Assembly: GCF_001194135.2 (NCBI RefSeq)
Contig: NC_068993.1
Coordinates: forward strand, 64,735,818 to 64,799,817
Direction of reading: 5' to 3'
DNA length: 64,000 bases
Origin: Octopus bimaculoides
Lineage: Eukaryota
Below the pieces are notes generated by a model. That model saw only the letters and a program-made list of their open reading frames with translations, ran no database searches and was not told where the DNA came from. Both the position numbers and the translations under genes were made by a program. Every line of letters begins with the position of its first letter. The stretch's first letter is position 1. Of this stretch, positions 14,887 through 27,360 are shown piece by piece.

Positions 14887-15414
14887 TTATAGAGGTGTAC
14901 TCCCGAGTGGAATCTGGATGTTACCCCATTCGGATTTACGGTTGAGAGAGGGTTTGTATTCCTGTATACAGACAGCTTCAGTGACTTGTCTCAGCATTGC
15001 ATCAGTGGGATGTGTGGATAAGATGTTTAATTGAAGTCTCCCCAAGGAGCCCTTGTGGTAGTGTACAGCATGCTGATAGAAGATGGAGTTTGGTTTCTTT
15101 TCAATGTAGTTGTCCAGGTGTTCTTTGAACCTATCATTGATACTCCTAGAAGTCTCACCAATGTTATCATACCAAGTATCGTTCTTATTTCTTTTGTTGG
15201 CCTCCCCCTCTAACCTATTCCAGAACTTGTTGCGGTACAGGGGCCATATACCGTTTTCAGCATCTCTTAGTATGCGTTCGAATTTTGTTTTTGCTCCATC
15301 GTACACCCTGATTCTATCATGCTGTGTGTATACGGAACGTTGCATTCGGAATATATGGTGCTGGATGTGTTGTTGTCGTTCTTGTGGTTGGCACAGTGGG
15401 GATACATTCTTCAT
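14887..15414 (-). mobile_element. Penelope-like element 3' fragment (RT thumb plus GIY-YIG endonuclease)
   Basis: Stop-free 175 aa with PLYRNKFWNR, IGETSRSINDRFKEH, RQVTEAVCI, PSLNRKSEWG. Confidence 0.85.
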
Positions 15415-16239
15415 TACTCTAACTTAGTCTGCTACGAGGATGTTGATCTTGGCAGTACTTGACATCGCTGCACGGTACGACATCAACAAGATTTTATTAG
15501 AAAAGTCCAAACATTACCCCCACAGTAGCATTAGGAATTGCAGTCTTTGTTTAGAATTGAAATTGCTTATATTGAGATATTCCTTCCATGCAGGGGACTG
15601 AAAGAGGGGTGAGTTTTCTCTTTACTCAACAACGGAAACATGTCTTACCCAGCTGGCTGAGGACATTCTAAGTGAAAGTTTTAGCATTCCTCCTATTAGT
15701 GCTTCATAAATAAGAAGGTTATAATCCACACATTTAACATTTATTCACACGCATTCGTGGCCACACTTCGAAACCCCTTCTCCACCTCTGTTGTTATTTC
15801 TCTTTCAAACTGCATCCTTTCCAATTCACACTTACCCTTCTTCATACCACCATCACATTTACAAGAACCTTGAGCACACAATTTCTACTTTCATGCTGAT
15901 GTGCAGGCCACAATCTGAAAGGAACATCATCAGTGACATACCTGTGATAGTCGTAAGAGCTAAACTTGTTATTTATCTCTAGTTTCTTTCAGTGTGTTTT
16001 TTCATCCATATCTTTCGTTCCGGGTTTTACAACACTTCTGAGATGCATAAACCAGATATAGCAGTTTCAAGGATCCAGTAACAAAGAGCCCTAACCATAT
16101 ATTTCAATTCAGCCATATCCTATGATCGCTAACTTATCTCTGCAAAACTGGAATGTTCTCGAGCATGAAACCGTTCGTAAATATAAACTGGCTAAAACGA
16201 GACGAAATTTATGATACGAAATAACACGCACATACACAC

Positions 16240-16271
<32 letters not shown>

Positions 16272-16584
16272 TTATATACATATAAGTATACACAGACACT
16301 TATAAGTACACACACACGCACACACATTGATGTTCGTGGAAATTATATGGGCGAGGATGAAGTTGCTAGAACATTTTAATTCAACTGTGATAATGACACG
16401 AAATAGAATTATGTTTTAATGTTTCACCATTTTAGACTGACACTTTTATGCTTATATACGCTGGTTCGTCTTTCTCTCTCACTTACAATCTATTCCTGTC
16501 TCTCGCCTTGTCTACCCCCCACCGCCCGTCAAATACCAATGTGTTTGTATATACACACTAATATATTCATATACGTGTGTATGA

Positions 16585-16626
<42 letters not shown>

Positions 16627-17797
16627 NNNNNNNNNNNNNNNNNNNNNNNNNNNNNNNNNNNNNNNNNNNNNNNNNNNNNNNNNNNNNNNNNNNNNNNNNN
16701 NNNNNNNNNNNNNNNNNNNNNNNNNNNNNNNNNNNNNNNNNNNNNNNNNNNNNNNNNNNNNNNNNNNNNNNNNNNNNNNNNNNNNNNNNNNNNNNNNNNN
16801 NNNNNNNNNNNNNNNNNNNNNNNNNNNNNNNNNNNNNNNNNNNNNNNNNNNNNNNNNNNNNNNNNNNNNNNNNNNNNNNNNNNNNNNNNNNNNNNNNNNN
16901 NNNNNNNNNNNNNNNNNNNNNNNNNNNNNNNNNNNNNNNNNNNNNNNNNNNNNNNNNNNNNNNNNNNNNNNNNNNNNNNNNNNNNNNNNNNNNNNNNNNN
17001 NNNNNNNNNNNNNNNNNNNNNNNNNNNNNNNNNNNNNNNNNNNNNNNNNNNNNNNNNNNNNNNNNNNNNNNNNNNNNNNNNNNNNNNNNNNNNNNNNNNN
17101 NNNNNNNATATATATATTTCTTTGCCTGATTGCCGACTGCCAGCACCATTTATGTTCCTGCCTTAAGGCTTTCTCTTCATACACCTCAGCTCAGTTTGAT
17201 TCGTTTTCAGTCGAAAGAACTTGTATTCTTGCCATTTGTAATCGTGCAACATGTTCCCGTTTTTTTTTTTTTTTTGTCTTTGGTGTCGTACACATTCGCT
17301 TACTTTCTTACAAAAAATCTAAAGCGTTTAGCTTAGACTCTTTGGAGGCAACCAGAGCAAACAATCTCAAGTGTAACTGCCCGAAACTGTAGGGACATTT
17401 ATTTGGTAACTTGACTGATGAAAGAAAGCCACGGATGACCCGTCCACTTTTTTCCTGTTCCTCTAATTGTTGTTTTTCCTGTCCGCCTTGCATCATCTGT
17501 CTGTCCGGATGTTTTATTTTCCTCTATTGCGTTTTTGTTCCATTTTATCTATATGTGTGTGTATGTGTGCATGTTTGTGTGTGTTTATGCTTGTGTGTGT
17601 GTGTATCTTTGTATTTGCAATAACACGGGCGGGTTGAGGTTCACTAAAACTACTTCAGACGTGCTCTTTATTGCTGAACGAAAATATTACATCATGTAAG
17701 AAAAAAACATTTCTTCTGGTGAACTATTAATAAAATTTAAGTTACGATTCTTCACATAAATAGAACATAATGCAAGTTGACTCGTCCTTCTTGGTTA

Positions 17798-17828
<31 letters not shown>

Positions 17829-18441
17829 AGCAATAGCTTTATATTCAGGAGACACCTAGCGGTATGCTGTTTAAAGCCCGTCACCAGTACTCGGGTACCT
17901 GATGTCAACAACAGTGTGCAGGCATATACCACTGGATTCACTTCAGGAATTCTTTAGTGTTCGTATAGTTTATATTAAAAGAAAAGTGACAGAAGGGAGT
18001 TCACGAGACTCTTTATTCAAAATCACAGCAATCGTTTCGACTTTGCATGCACCCATACCTTACAGTGATACTGTACAGTCAATTGTTATGCATTACAGGT
18101 GAGATATTGTGCCTCATCAGGTGACTTTTCAAATAAGTACCTCGTTTTTTACTCGCCGTTTCGCTTATTTTTATAACAACACATTTTTAGTTATTGTAAC
18201 ATTTCATGTGTCCATAATGAACACAGATAGAATGAAAAAATCAACCTCACATCAGTAAAAAAAAACATAACAATAAATAAAGTATACCAAGATAAACGAA
18301 TAACGAATATAAAATAGAATGTAATACGCCGATAATAAGACACGATTAAATAAATAAAACATAAAATATACGAGATCAGAATAAAACAAGAAAACCAATT
18401 GGACATTTATATAGTCCTTTACATTTTATCAAAACAAGTTA

Positions 18442-18522
<81 letters not shown>

Positions 18523-18530
18523 GAGAGAGA

Positions 18531-19040
18531 TGTGACCAGTCATTAAGCCTTAAGCAGATGTGACCTGCGTTCAGTTATCTCCTTCGCCTTTTGATTCTCC
18601 GTGCTTTTCTGTCTGTCTACTGACAATCCTATTTTTTTTTTAATTTAGAGTTAATATCATATCAATGCGGAGGCATGATTTTTGTCTGTAGTCTTTCAAT
18701 ATGATGTTTGGCCTATTTGTATCTATCTTNNNNNNNNNNAGAGAGAGAGAGATGTGACCAGTCATTAAGCCTTAAGCAGATGTGACCTGCGTTCAGTTAT
18801 CTCCTTCGCCTTTTGATTCTCCGTGCTTTTCTGTCTGTCTACTGACAATCCTATTTTTTTTTTAATTTAGAGTTAATATCATATCAATGCGGAGGCATGA
18901 TTTTTGTCTGTAGTCTTTCAATATGATGTTTGGCCTATTTGTATCTATCTTTCTGTCAGTTTCAATGGTGAAGTTCCAGAGGAGTGCGATGTGATGATCA
19001 TTTTCAAGCACTGGGAGTGGTTTGTGTTCCCACCAGTTTT
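18531..19040 (-). mobile_element. R4/Dong-like LINE C-terminal restriction-like endonuclease fragment (part duplicated across a gap)
   Basis: WWEHKP..VLEN..LLWNFTIETDRKIDTNRPNIILKD..CLRIDM resembles the RPDIV..D..D REL motif. Confidence 0.78.
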
Positions 19041-19814
19041 TATCATGGGACAAGTCCAGGTGTGTGTGAGTGTGTGTTTGTAAGCATTCATGTACAAATG
19101 TAAGGGTATATATATGTATGTATATATCTCTATATAAGATCATTTTTATGTGTGTGTGTGGAAATTAGTTGAAACAACATGTCGCTGAATGTGTGTAACA
19201 AGAAACAACGCCCATTAAGTATCTTCACAGAAGCTGGCAAACTGTAAATAACCGAACGACATTTTCTGACAACTCTTTCCATTTACCAACTAACTTATAC
19301 TTCTTCAACTCTCCGCCGTTAATTTGCTCTCCACATTTTCCTTCTGGGTTCTACTTCTCCTTCCTTTATCCTCTACTGGATTGTTATTTACAGGTTTCTT
19401 TAGATTTAAATTTCTTAACAGACGTCATCACATAGAAAGCAGAGTCACATTTCATCAATGATTTATTCGAAGAGTCATATTGTAAGGACTATTTACTTCG
19501 TCTTATTCCGCTCTCCACAACTGTTATTTTTTCCATCGAAACTTCGCGAAATATTTCAATCCAGTCGAAATTTGTAAAGCTTATTTCCCCCTCCCTCCCT
19601 TGACGCGTGCTCACACAAAAATACATTTAAATTAAAATTATTAAGCTCCAGCCCACCTTGCGAACTGCCAAGATGAAAAAGCATTCCTGAAAAATGTACC
19701 AGTTGGTATGGTCATATTTCTTACTTTCAGTTAAAAACAGAAGTTCAGTAAAGTCGTACACGACTTTTGAATTTGTTACATGGTCTGAGAAATATATATT
19801 GTTCCTTCGTTTTA

Positions 19815-19852
<38 letters not shown>

Positions 19853-20957
19853 GATAACGTAGTTTATGCTACAAGTCTTCAATGCGGGCAAAACGCTGCT
19901 CCTCTAAATGGAAACCTTGCATGCCATCGTGGCTTTGTGGCACGAAGCAAAGCAAGACTTGCCGTCCACTCAAGCGCCTTTCGGAGCACTTGTTGTTGTT
20001 CAGATGTTGCTTAAAGTGAGGTGCGGATGAACCGGCATATTTTCTTGTCTGTGTATTGGATGTGTTACAACTGCCGATGTTTCTTTCATTAACTCTGCGT
20101 CTGAGGTTGTTTTTGTCGTTGCTGAAGTCGCTGCCAATGCTGATATTCCTGGACGTGATCCTGGTCGCTCTGCTGCAGCTGGTACAGCAGCTATTTCCGA
20201 TCGCAAAGCTAGTGTTACTGCCAGTGGCAGTAACCCCCTCAGCCTCATACCTCAACCCCTTCGGCTTCGCATCACCACACCCACACCACTGGGCAGTCAT
20301 TCTCTGCCCTATATGAGCACCCAGCCTCTGATCGCAGTTTAGGGGTACTCACTAAAATTTTCTTAATGCTGGGCTTACTAAACAAACGTTCGTATCTGTG
20401 TGACTGTGAACTATTTGTCCACCAATCTAAGGAATATTCTACCCAAACAGGTTTTAACATTGAGAGAGAAGGGTGGGGCAAACTAAACGACACTATGGTG
20501 ACGCTTCCTTTAGCGGGTACCAAGGCACGGGCACGGGCACGGCATACAGACGCCGTCCTTAAACTCACTGGACATANNNNNNNNNNNNNNNNNNNNNNNN
20601 NNNNNNNNNNNNNNNNNTATATATATATATATGGAAGATAATTACAGCGTCTGAAGAAAAACGAGGTTTCGTGCCAGATGCTTAGCAAACTGATAAGTGC
20701 CATGCAGGAATTTGTTACTTGTAACTTTCTGCTGATTAAAACCTGAAAAAGTAAATGAATTCATATATTGAGTTCCGTTTGCCATGTTTGTTTTAACACA
20801 CACATACGAGCGCGCGCGCACACACACACACACCACACGCACATAACATTGCACACACGCACACCTACATAATTCCATGCCATTTTATCACTTTATTAAT
20901 TTGTCATCTATTTCTCTTATATTTAACTTTAACAAAACAGTGTCCTCTCTTCTTCAG

Positions 20958-21045
20958 GTGTTAACTGCTCTGGTGTCACAAAGCTAACAGCCTACCCAAG
21001 TATCCAGTACTTGACCACTCCTAACTATCCTCACTTTTATGCAAG
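20958..21045 (+). CDS. CUB1 exon A (88 nt, phase 1 to 2): VNCSGVTKLTAYPSIQYLTTPNYPHFYA
   Basis: Acceptor tcctctcttcttcag, donor AG|gtaagg; TPNYP motif of the CUB N-terminus. Confidence 0.92.
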
Positions 21046-23448
21046 GTAAGGATGTAACAATGTTTTTTTCTCTTTGAAATTAATCTTTACCTCTCAACCA
21101 TAATGTGTTTTAGTGTTTCAGTTTGGAAGTAAAGGCTCTGATCTCACTGCAATAATACAATATACAGGTTACTGTTTGCTATATTTACATCGGCAAGTAA
21201 AATGTCTTGCGGTAAAAACACGGACTACTATGTTATATAGAGACGTTCGTGATTGTTGTGGTGAAGGATATTCAGATATTCAGGACGTACTACAAGAAAA
21301 CTATCCTCTGGACGAAAGAATTTTTTTTTTTTTTTTTTTTGAAATCATATATTTCCAATATGTAGAGATCTTGCTCCCAAACGATGGGAATATTCTGTCG
21401 TTCTTGGCAAACTAACTTCTCCAAATTTAATAACTTCATTAAATAATGTTTTGCAATGCGGCAATCGCTACTATCCTTAGACTCCGTTCTTTTCTTTTTA
21501 TTTATAAACATATTATTGAGGTGAGCAGGCTGTCGAAGACGTAGGCCTACCAGTACTACTTGTTCAGTGCGATAAAGTAGACGGTGGGGACCGATGTCAA
21601 GCGCAGGGTCGGAAAGATGATTGCAGCGTTTCAGGGAATGTACAAAACCTGATCCACGGTCACTCAGGATATCAGCATCGGAATCTAGACTAAGTACTAT
21701 GCAAGTCAAATGTGAGAAGAAACAAAAACTGCAAGAAGCAACATATTCGGATAAGACACTTAGAAATCCTTAGAATTTTGCAACATCAATCGTTTCAACA
21801 ACACAGTTTCAAGAAGTGCCTCGTCGCGAAGTTTCGAAGACATTGTGATGGAACAAAAGATGCATATTTACTTATTACAGCAACCAGTCATCAGCGTGAA
21901 GAAACTGCTATGTGATTATCATCAACAGGAAAAAGAAGACAGAAAAATTGTTGTGCGACATTGTGTGAACATTGGAAGAGGACCTGGGCTGCGTGGGTTC
22001 GTGTACTTTTGCATGGTTGTGTCTGTGCGTATGCGTCCGAATATCTACATCCATAGGAATGTGAATGTGGGTGCGAATTTCATTATGGTAAAGTCTGGAT
22101 TTCGAGGCCACGCGATGGCATTTTTTTATTTTGACAGACACGGATCAATTCAAAGACTGCGAGGGGAATTGCGAAACTGTTTCGAAACTCATCGAATGTA
22201 TTTAACTCTAATTCAAAATTTCAGTTCTGCCCCACATTGTCACACTGATTCAGTCAGCGAATTACAAGTACGAACGTCTACGAATTACTCAGCCGTCATA
22301 TTTCAGTATGGAGGCAGAACAGTTAATTGAATAACTGGAATACATACCGTCGAAACTGGGGGCAATTTATTTCTTTTTCTTTTAGATGCGTGCATGCGCG
22401 CGCGCGCGTGTGTGTGTGTGTGTGTACGTGTATGTGAGTGCCTTTGAGCGTATGTCATCCTATTTCATTCCATACGTGGAATATATTCTGTGCGAGTTTA
22501 TGTCTATATATGTATATATGCTCGTGTATGCATGCATGCATGTATGTATGTTTGTATGTATGTATGTGTATTTGCGAAGGGAGCCCCATTGCTTGGCTAG
22601 CTGCTACGGTAGTTTATATCTTCCTCCTTGGCGGAAGGCAGAATAAATCACCAGTTTTAGGCCAATCAGCTACTGGCTTTAGCAGCATTACTCGGACCTA
22701 GGATACAGTTGCAGACATCGACACCGTTGCACTTAAACCATAGGAGGACAAGTGAAGAAAATTCCCTGCCGCTTTTCACCACGAGTCTCAGAAAGCCTTA
22801 AAAGTGAAGCTTAGTAACGCCCTCCTTCATTCGACGCGTAAAATTACCTCTCGTACTTAAGTTAATTACTATCCGCCAACTGTAGGCGAGAAGACTTAGA
22901 CAATAAGACTTCCGACGGTTGTCATTCTACTTAAACATTCAAAGCTAGACAACAACACAACAATGGCAGCGAAATGAAAACAAGCAGAAAAATAAACCGA
23001 TATTGACTAGAAACAAAATATAGATATTTTTTGTTTATTTCATTCATTTATCACCTTTTACAACCTTATCTCGAAGAATCGGATCTTTTCCAGACACCAA
23101 ATCATTAAAAACGTATTGGCATTAATTATGCTTCACTTGAAAAAAAAGAAGAAATTTTAACTTTTCATTTTATAATTTGTAATTGATAACTTATACTCGA
23201 TATTACGTGTTCCCCATCTGCACTGAAACATATTTGAAGAAGAAAGTTAAACAAGAAGAAACCGTATTATTAATACTGTCTTTCTCTCTCTCTGCCCTCT
23301 CTATCACTCCTCTCTTACTAACAATTTCCTTCTCGCACCATATATATGTATATATGTATATATGTATGTATATATATATATATATATATATNNNNNNNNN
23401 NNNNNNNNNNNNNNNNNNNNNNNNNNNNNNNNNNNNNNNNNNNNNNGT

Positions 23449-23491
<43 letters not shown>

Positions 23492-24599
23492 GACGCGCGC
23501 GCACACATATCTGTATGTATATATGTGTATGCATATATATATATATATAGATAGATAGATAGATAGATAGATAGACAGCTGACTGGGAAGGGTTCGCACT
23601 GGAAGTAATAAGAGATGGCTGTTTGCGATGAAGGTCTCTTGAAACGGAATTTCCCGAAGAATAGACTCGAAGAGGAAGCCACTGTTAAAAGGACAGGCCT
23701 GCGGAGGGTTGATGTAACTGCTACAAAATATAAGCCAAATTTTAGATTACATAATATGGCTTTAATACAGGAAGATTACGTTGGATATTTGTCTTCTAGC
23801 TACACTATGTATCATTAAAAGTTAGGATTATCACGGCTGATACAAAGAATAATGTAATTTTCGATATTATATAGATATGATACATGATAAAAAAATTTTA
23901 AATTCTGGTCTGACACATTAGTCTGTGACGTTCATGACTACCCGTTTGATAAGGTTACACCAGACACGTGCATCACAACCATATGCGCGTGATATGGAGA
24001 TCTCATATCAAGATAAAAAGTGGATGACTTTGCAGGTGGGGCCTAGTTAGAATTTTCTTCAAGTCAAGTAGGTCATCTGCTCAAAAGGTCCCTGAATAAA
24101 GGTTATTTAAGGATGATGAACCAAACACCTATGTTTCTAGAAGTGAATTATTCAAATCCCAAACAATTCCTTTCAGTACATGGTACTGATAACCACCCCC
24201 TACTACTCTTCTGCTTAAGATAAGAGATGCACATATCGTCAGCCACCAAGGGACAGGCTCAACTGGCTACGGTCAAGTAACTAACAAGCAAATCTGTGGC
24301 ATTGAGCAGAATATTTGTTGTAGCCCATCTTTTACACCAAGACAAAACATATACATGTTAACACTTCCAATCAGTTTAAGATCAGAAGTCATAGGAGCCG
24401 CTGCCTGTTACTCTGTTACGGGATTTATTATTATTATTGTTGTTGTTGTTGTTGTTGTTACCGTCTTGAGACGCCACGTCTTTTCGATTAGCAAATCTGT
24501 ATAAGGCATCTATTTTACATGGATGACTTAAAACTCTATGGCAAAGTCGATAATGAGCTTGAAGGACAGACTACGTGCGAAGACCACTTTCCAGAGGCA

Positions 24600-24765
24600 C
24601 GTTATTAATTTAAAGTTGGGTGCAACATTTCCCTTTTCAGGATCCTTGACACATAACAATGTCTTTCTCCTTGTCATCCAGCTGGGTACTGCGCCTTCCT
24701 GCAAGCTCTTATCTAGCTGTTGCAATATCCTTTCATAGAGCCCTCTCAGCTTCTTCATCCAATAA
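24600..24765 (-). mobile_element. R4/Dong-like LINE fragment upstream of RT core
   Basis: KKLRGLYERI..PSWMTRRKTLLCVKDPEKGNVAPNFKLITCLWK. Confidence 0.75.
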
Positions 24766-24796
24766 CATTATTATTTATTTATTTATTTATTTGCAG

Positions 24797-24921
24797 CAAC
24801 TTGTCATGTTCATGGTTAATCAACTCTGGAAGCCGGTCTGGAAAATTGTATCTTGATGTCAGAGATTCAGATATCGAATATTCCATCGGATGTATGAAGG
24901 ACTATGCAGAATTGTACTTAG
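24797..24921 (+). CDS. CUB1 exon B (125 nt, phase 2 to 1): NLSCSWLINSGSRSGKLYLDVRDSDIEYSIGCMKDYAELYL
   Basis: Acceptor ttatttgcag, donor G|gtaaga; CxWxI and E...C..DY motifs; phase matches both neighbours. Confidence 0.92.
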
Positions 24922-25340
24922 GTAAGACAACAGATATCTTCACATGACTGTTCTAGAACACGCTTACACCAAAACATGCTGGCATGATATACACAACCGC
25001 ACAACCGCATAGATAAATGGACAGACAGATAGATAGATAGATAGACAGATAGATAGACAGATAGATAGACAGATAGATAGACAGATAGATAGATAGATAG
25101 ATAACCACTACACACATTTTTTTTCTCTCCTTTTTTTTTCTCTGCTTCTTTTTCTCCTTGTTTCTTTCTGTGTTCTTTTCTGTGGAAGAGCGTAGGCTCG
25201 AAACGTTAAAGACTTTTTCAATTCCCGAGCGTTATACTAATACATCCGTTTGTTTTCTACACCACCTGTCTTCATCTGTTTTTTTTGGGGGGGGGAGGGG
25301 GGTTGTGAATTCTCCCATGATAGATAGATAGATAGATAGC

Positions 25341-25510
25341 GTGTCAAGGCTGGTCGTTTTGAATACAGGTACAACTCATTTTAGCCAGCTCAGTGGACTG
25401 GAACGGCGTGAAATAAAAATGTTTTGCTGAAAGACACAACGCGTCACCGGCGTATGAACTCATGACTTTACGATCGCGAGTCGAATACTCTAACCACTAA
25501 GCCACGCGCC
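25341..25510 (-). mobile_element. tRNA-derived SINE with CORE-like central domain
   Basis: Minus strand GGCGCGTGGCTTAGTGGTTAG (A box), GAGTTCATAC (decayed B box), GCGTTGTGTCTTTCAGCAAAACA (CORE-like). Confidence 0.75.
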
Positions 25511-25689
25511 TTCATACACATCATATACAACATTAAAAGGAAATGAGGTAAAAAGGGGATGATAGTGATGAGGTCCCCTTGCTACAAGAAGACCGCTAAG
25601 GATAATCGAGGAACTCCACCATCCAGGATCTCGCTGAACCCCAAGGGCAAGTGCTCTTTCCGATTTCTCTTCTCCAACTCACAAGTCTA

Positions 25690-26040
25690 CAGGTAGAGCG
25701 ATACCATCCACTCTTGCTATTTTCGCAAGTTTCCTCTACTTTTCATTCAATTCACTCGAGGACAATACTTCCCTGTCCAACCACACTTTTCTGTTCAAAG
25801 AGGAATGTCACTGTCCACCTGCCTTTCAACCTCATCCACCAGGAAAAGGAAATCTACTTCACCTGTCCGATTAAAGAAAAGCGGTGGGGCAATCTTCCCT
25901 ATGGACCCGGAACCTGATAGCCGGATCCACCTCACATGCTACAGCAGCCCTTTGGCATAACTTCTTAAGTCAAGAATGCCCGGATACTGAATGAGTGCAC
26001 GCATCTCGAACAAGCCCGTCTGACAGCACAAAAGGCACAG
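25690..26040 (-). mobile_element. L1/Tx1-like ORF2 3' end relic
   Basis: ALIQYPGILDLRSY..SIGKIAPP..RKVWLDREVLS..KIARV; assignment from recalled pattern similarity, not a search. Confidence 0.5.
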
Positions 26041-27119
26041 AGCCTGAAATTTTGTGGCTAGCGTTTAGTTGGTGAATTCGCCCCCAATATTTGAGTACCA
26101 CTTCATTTTATTGGTCGCTGAGTGAATAAAGACGAATTTGAACTCAGCGGGATTTGAAGTTTTAATGTATAGAGGTGGAAAACATGTCACAATATGTTTT
26201 TGCTAACGCTCTGTCGTATCTAACATTCACAAGTATTGAATTTTTTTTTTTTTTTATCAACAAGTATCTGAGAGAATGGGGTCAATGTAAGGAGGAAAGA
26301 CAAACAGTGATTGTCAGTAATTTGTAAAAGGGACGTCATCAACATTAACAAGTAATAGATTCACTAATTAGAGGGGGAAACACCTATTATAAATGTAGGT
26401 AAAGCTGCAGCCTATCACAAAGTTCAAGATTTTTCAGATACATCACAAGGGAAATTGTCCTATGGCAGTGTATATCATTGTTTTCGAGTCGCATAATTTC
26501 GTTTGGTCTATATAACTTCGCCAGTCTCTCCGATCTCACCCATAAGTGAACTAATGTAGCAGCCTCTACATGTTTCCTCGATCTGCAGGAAATAGCTACA
26601 AAATGTCTATCTTCTAGATACTGTCTTATAAATGACACATTAGACAATGTGTACATAGGTCTTCTACTGTTAGGAAAAAGACGGGATTGTCACATCTGGA
26701 GTGTCTTTGTCCATACGTCTGCTCGATCAACGCTATTTTGAGCTTAACATTTCATGAAACACCTAAGGCATCTCTAACTTTGTCTTCTTCAAATTTACTT
26801 GAAGAAATTAATTCACCAGAGAAGAAGCTTCAAGTTTGCAAAACTATATTCATATGTACACAGCCCTCCGTATTTGAAGGGAACAGTAGATCCCTTCAGA
26901 TCTTGTAAATTTCTGATGCTCACCCGATTTCTGTAAAGTGAGCCGACGTCGACGCCTCTAAGTGTTGACTAAAAGGCAAAGTTGGCGGCGTCGGTTGAAG
27001 TTGCAATTCAAAACGTAGAGAGCAAAAAAAAAACAAAAAAACAACAAATCAAAGCATTTTGAGGATTCTACGAGTGCATCATCCGATATTATCATGCATT
27101 ATCATCCTGTTATAAGTTT

Positions 27120-27360
27120 TATCTTTACCATTAACCTCAGCAGCAGCAGCAGTATCACCATCATCGACACCACGACCATCATGATTATCATAACCATTAC
27201 CTTCACCCTCTCTTTACTACCATCATCATCATCATTGTTATCATTATCATCATCAACATCATCATAATCGTCATCAAGATCGTCATCATCATCATCATAA
27301 TCGTCATCAAGATCGTCATCATCATCATCGTAATCATCACCATCATCATCATTACAATAA
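27120..27360. repeat. Degenerate (CAT)n tract with higher-order repeat
   Basis: CATCATAATCGTCATCAAGATCGTCATCATCAT recurs twice within the tract. Confidence 0.85.

Noticed and set aside
15655-15685. CTGAGGA-CATTCTAAGT-GAAA near the Penelope fragment
   Set aside because: The intervening bases do not form helix II in register
26387-26940. Higher-complexity stretch with short protein-like frames
   Set aside because: No recognisable motif or splice structure; cannot be assigned without a search
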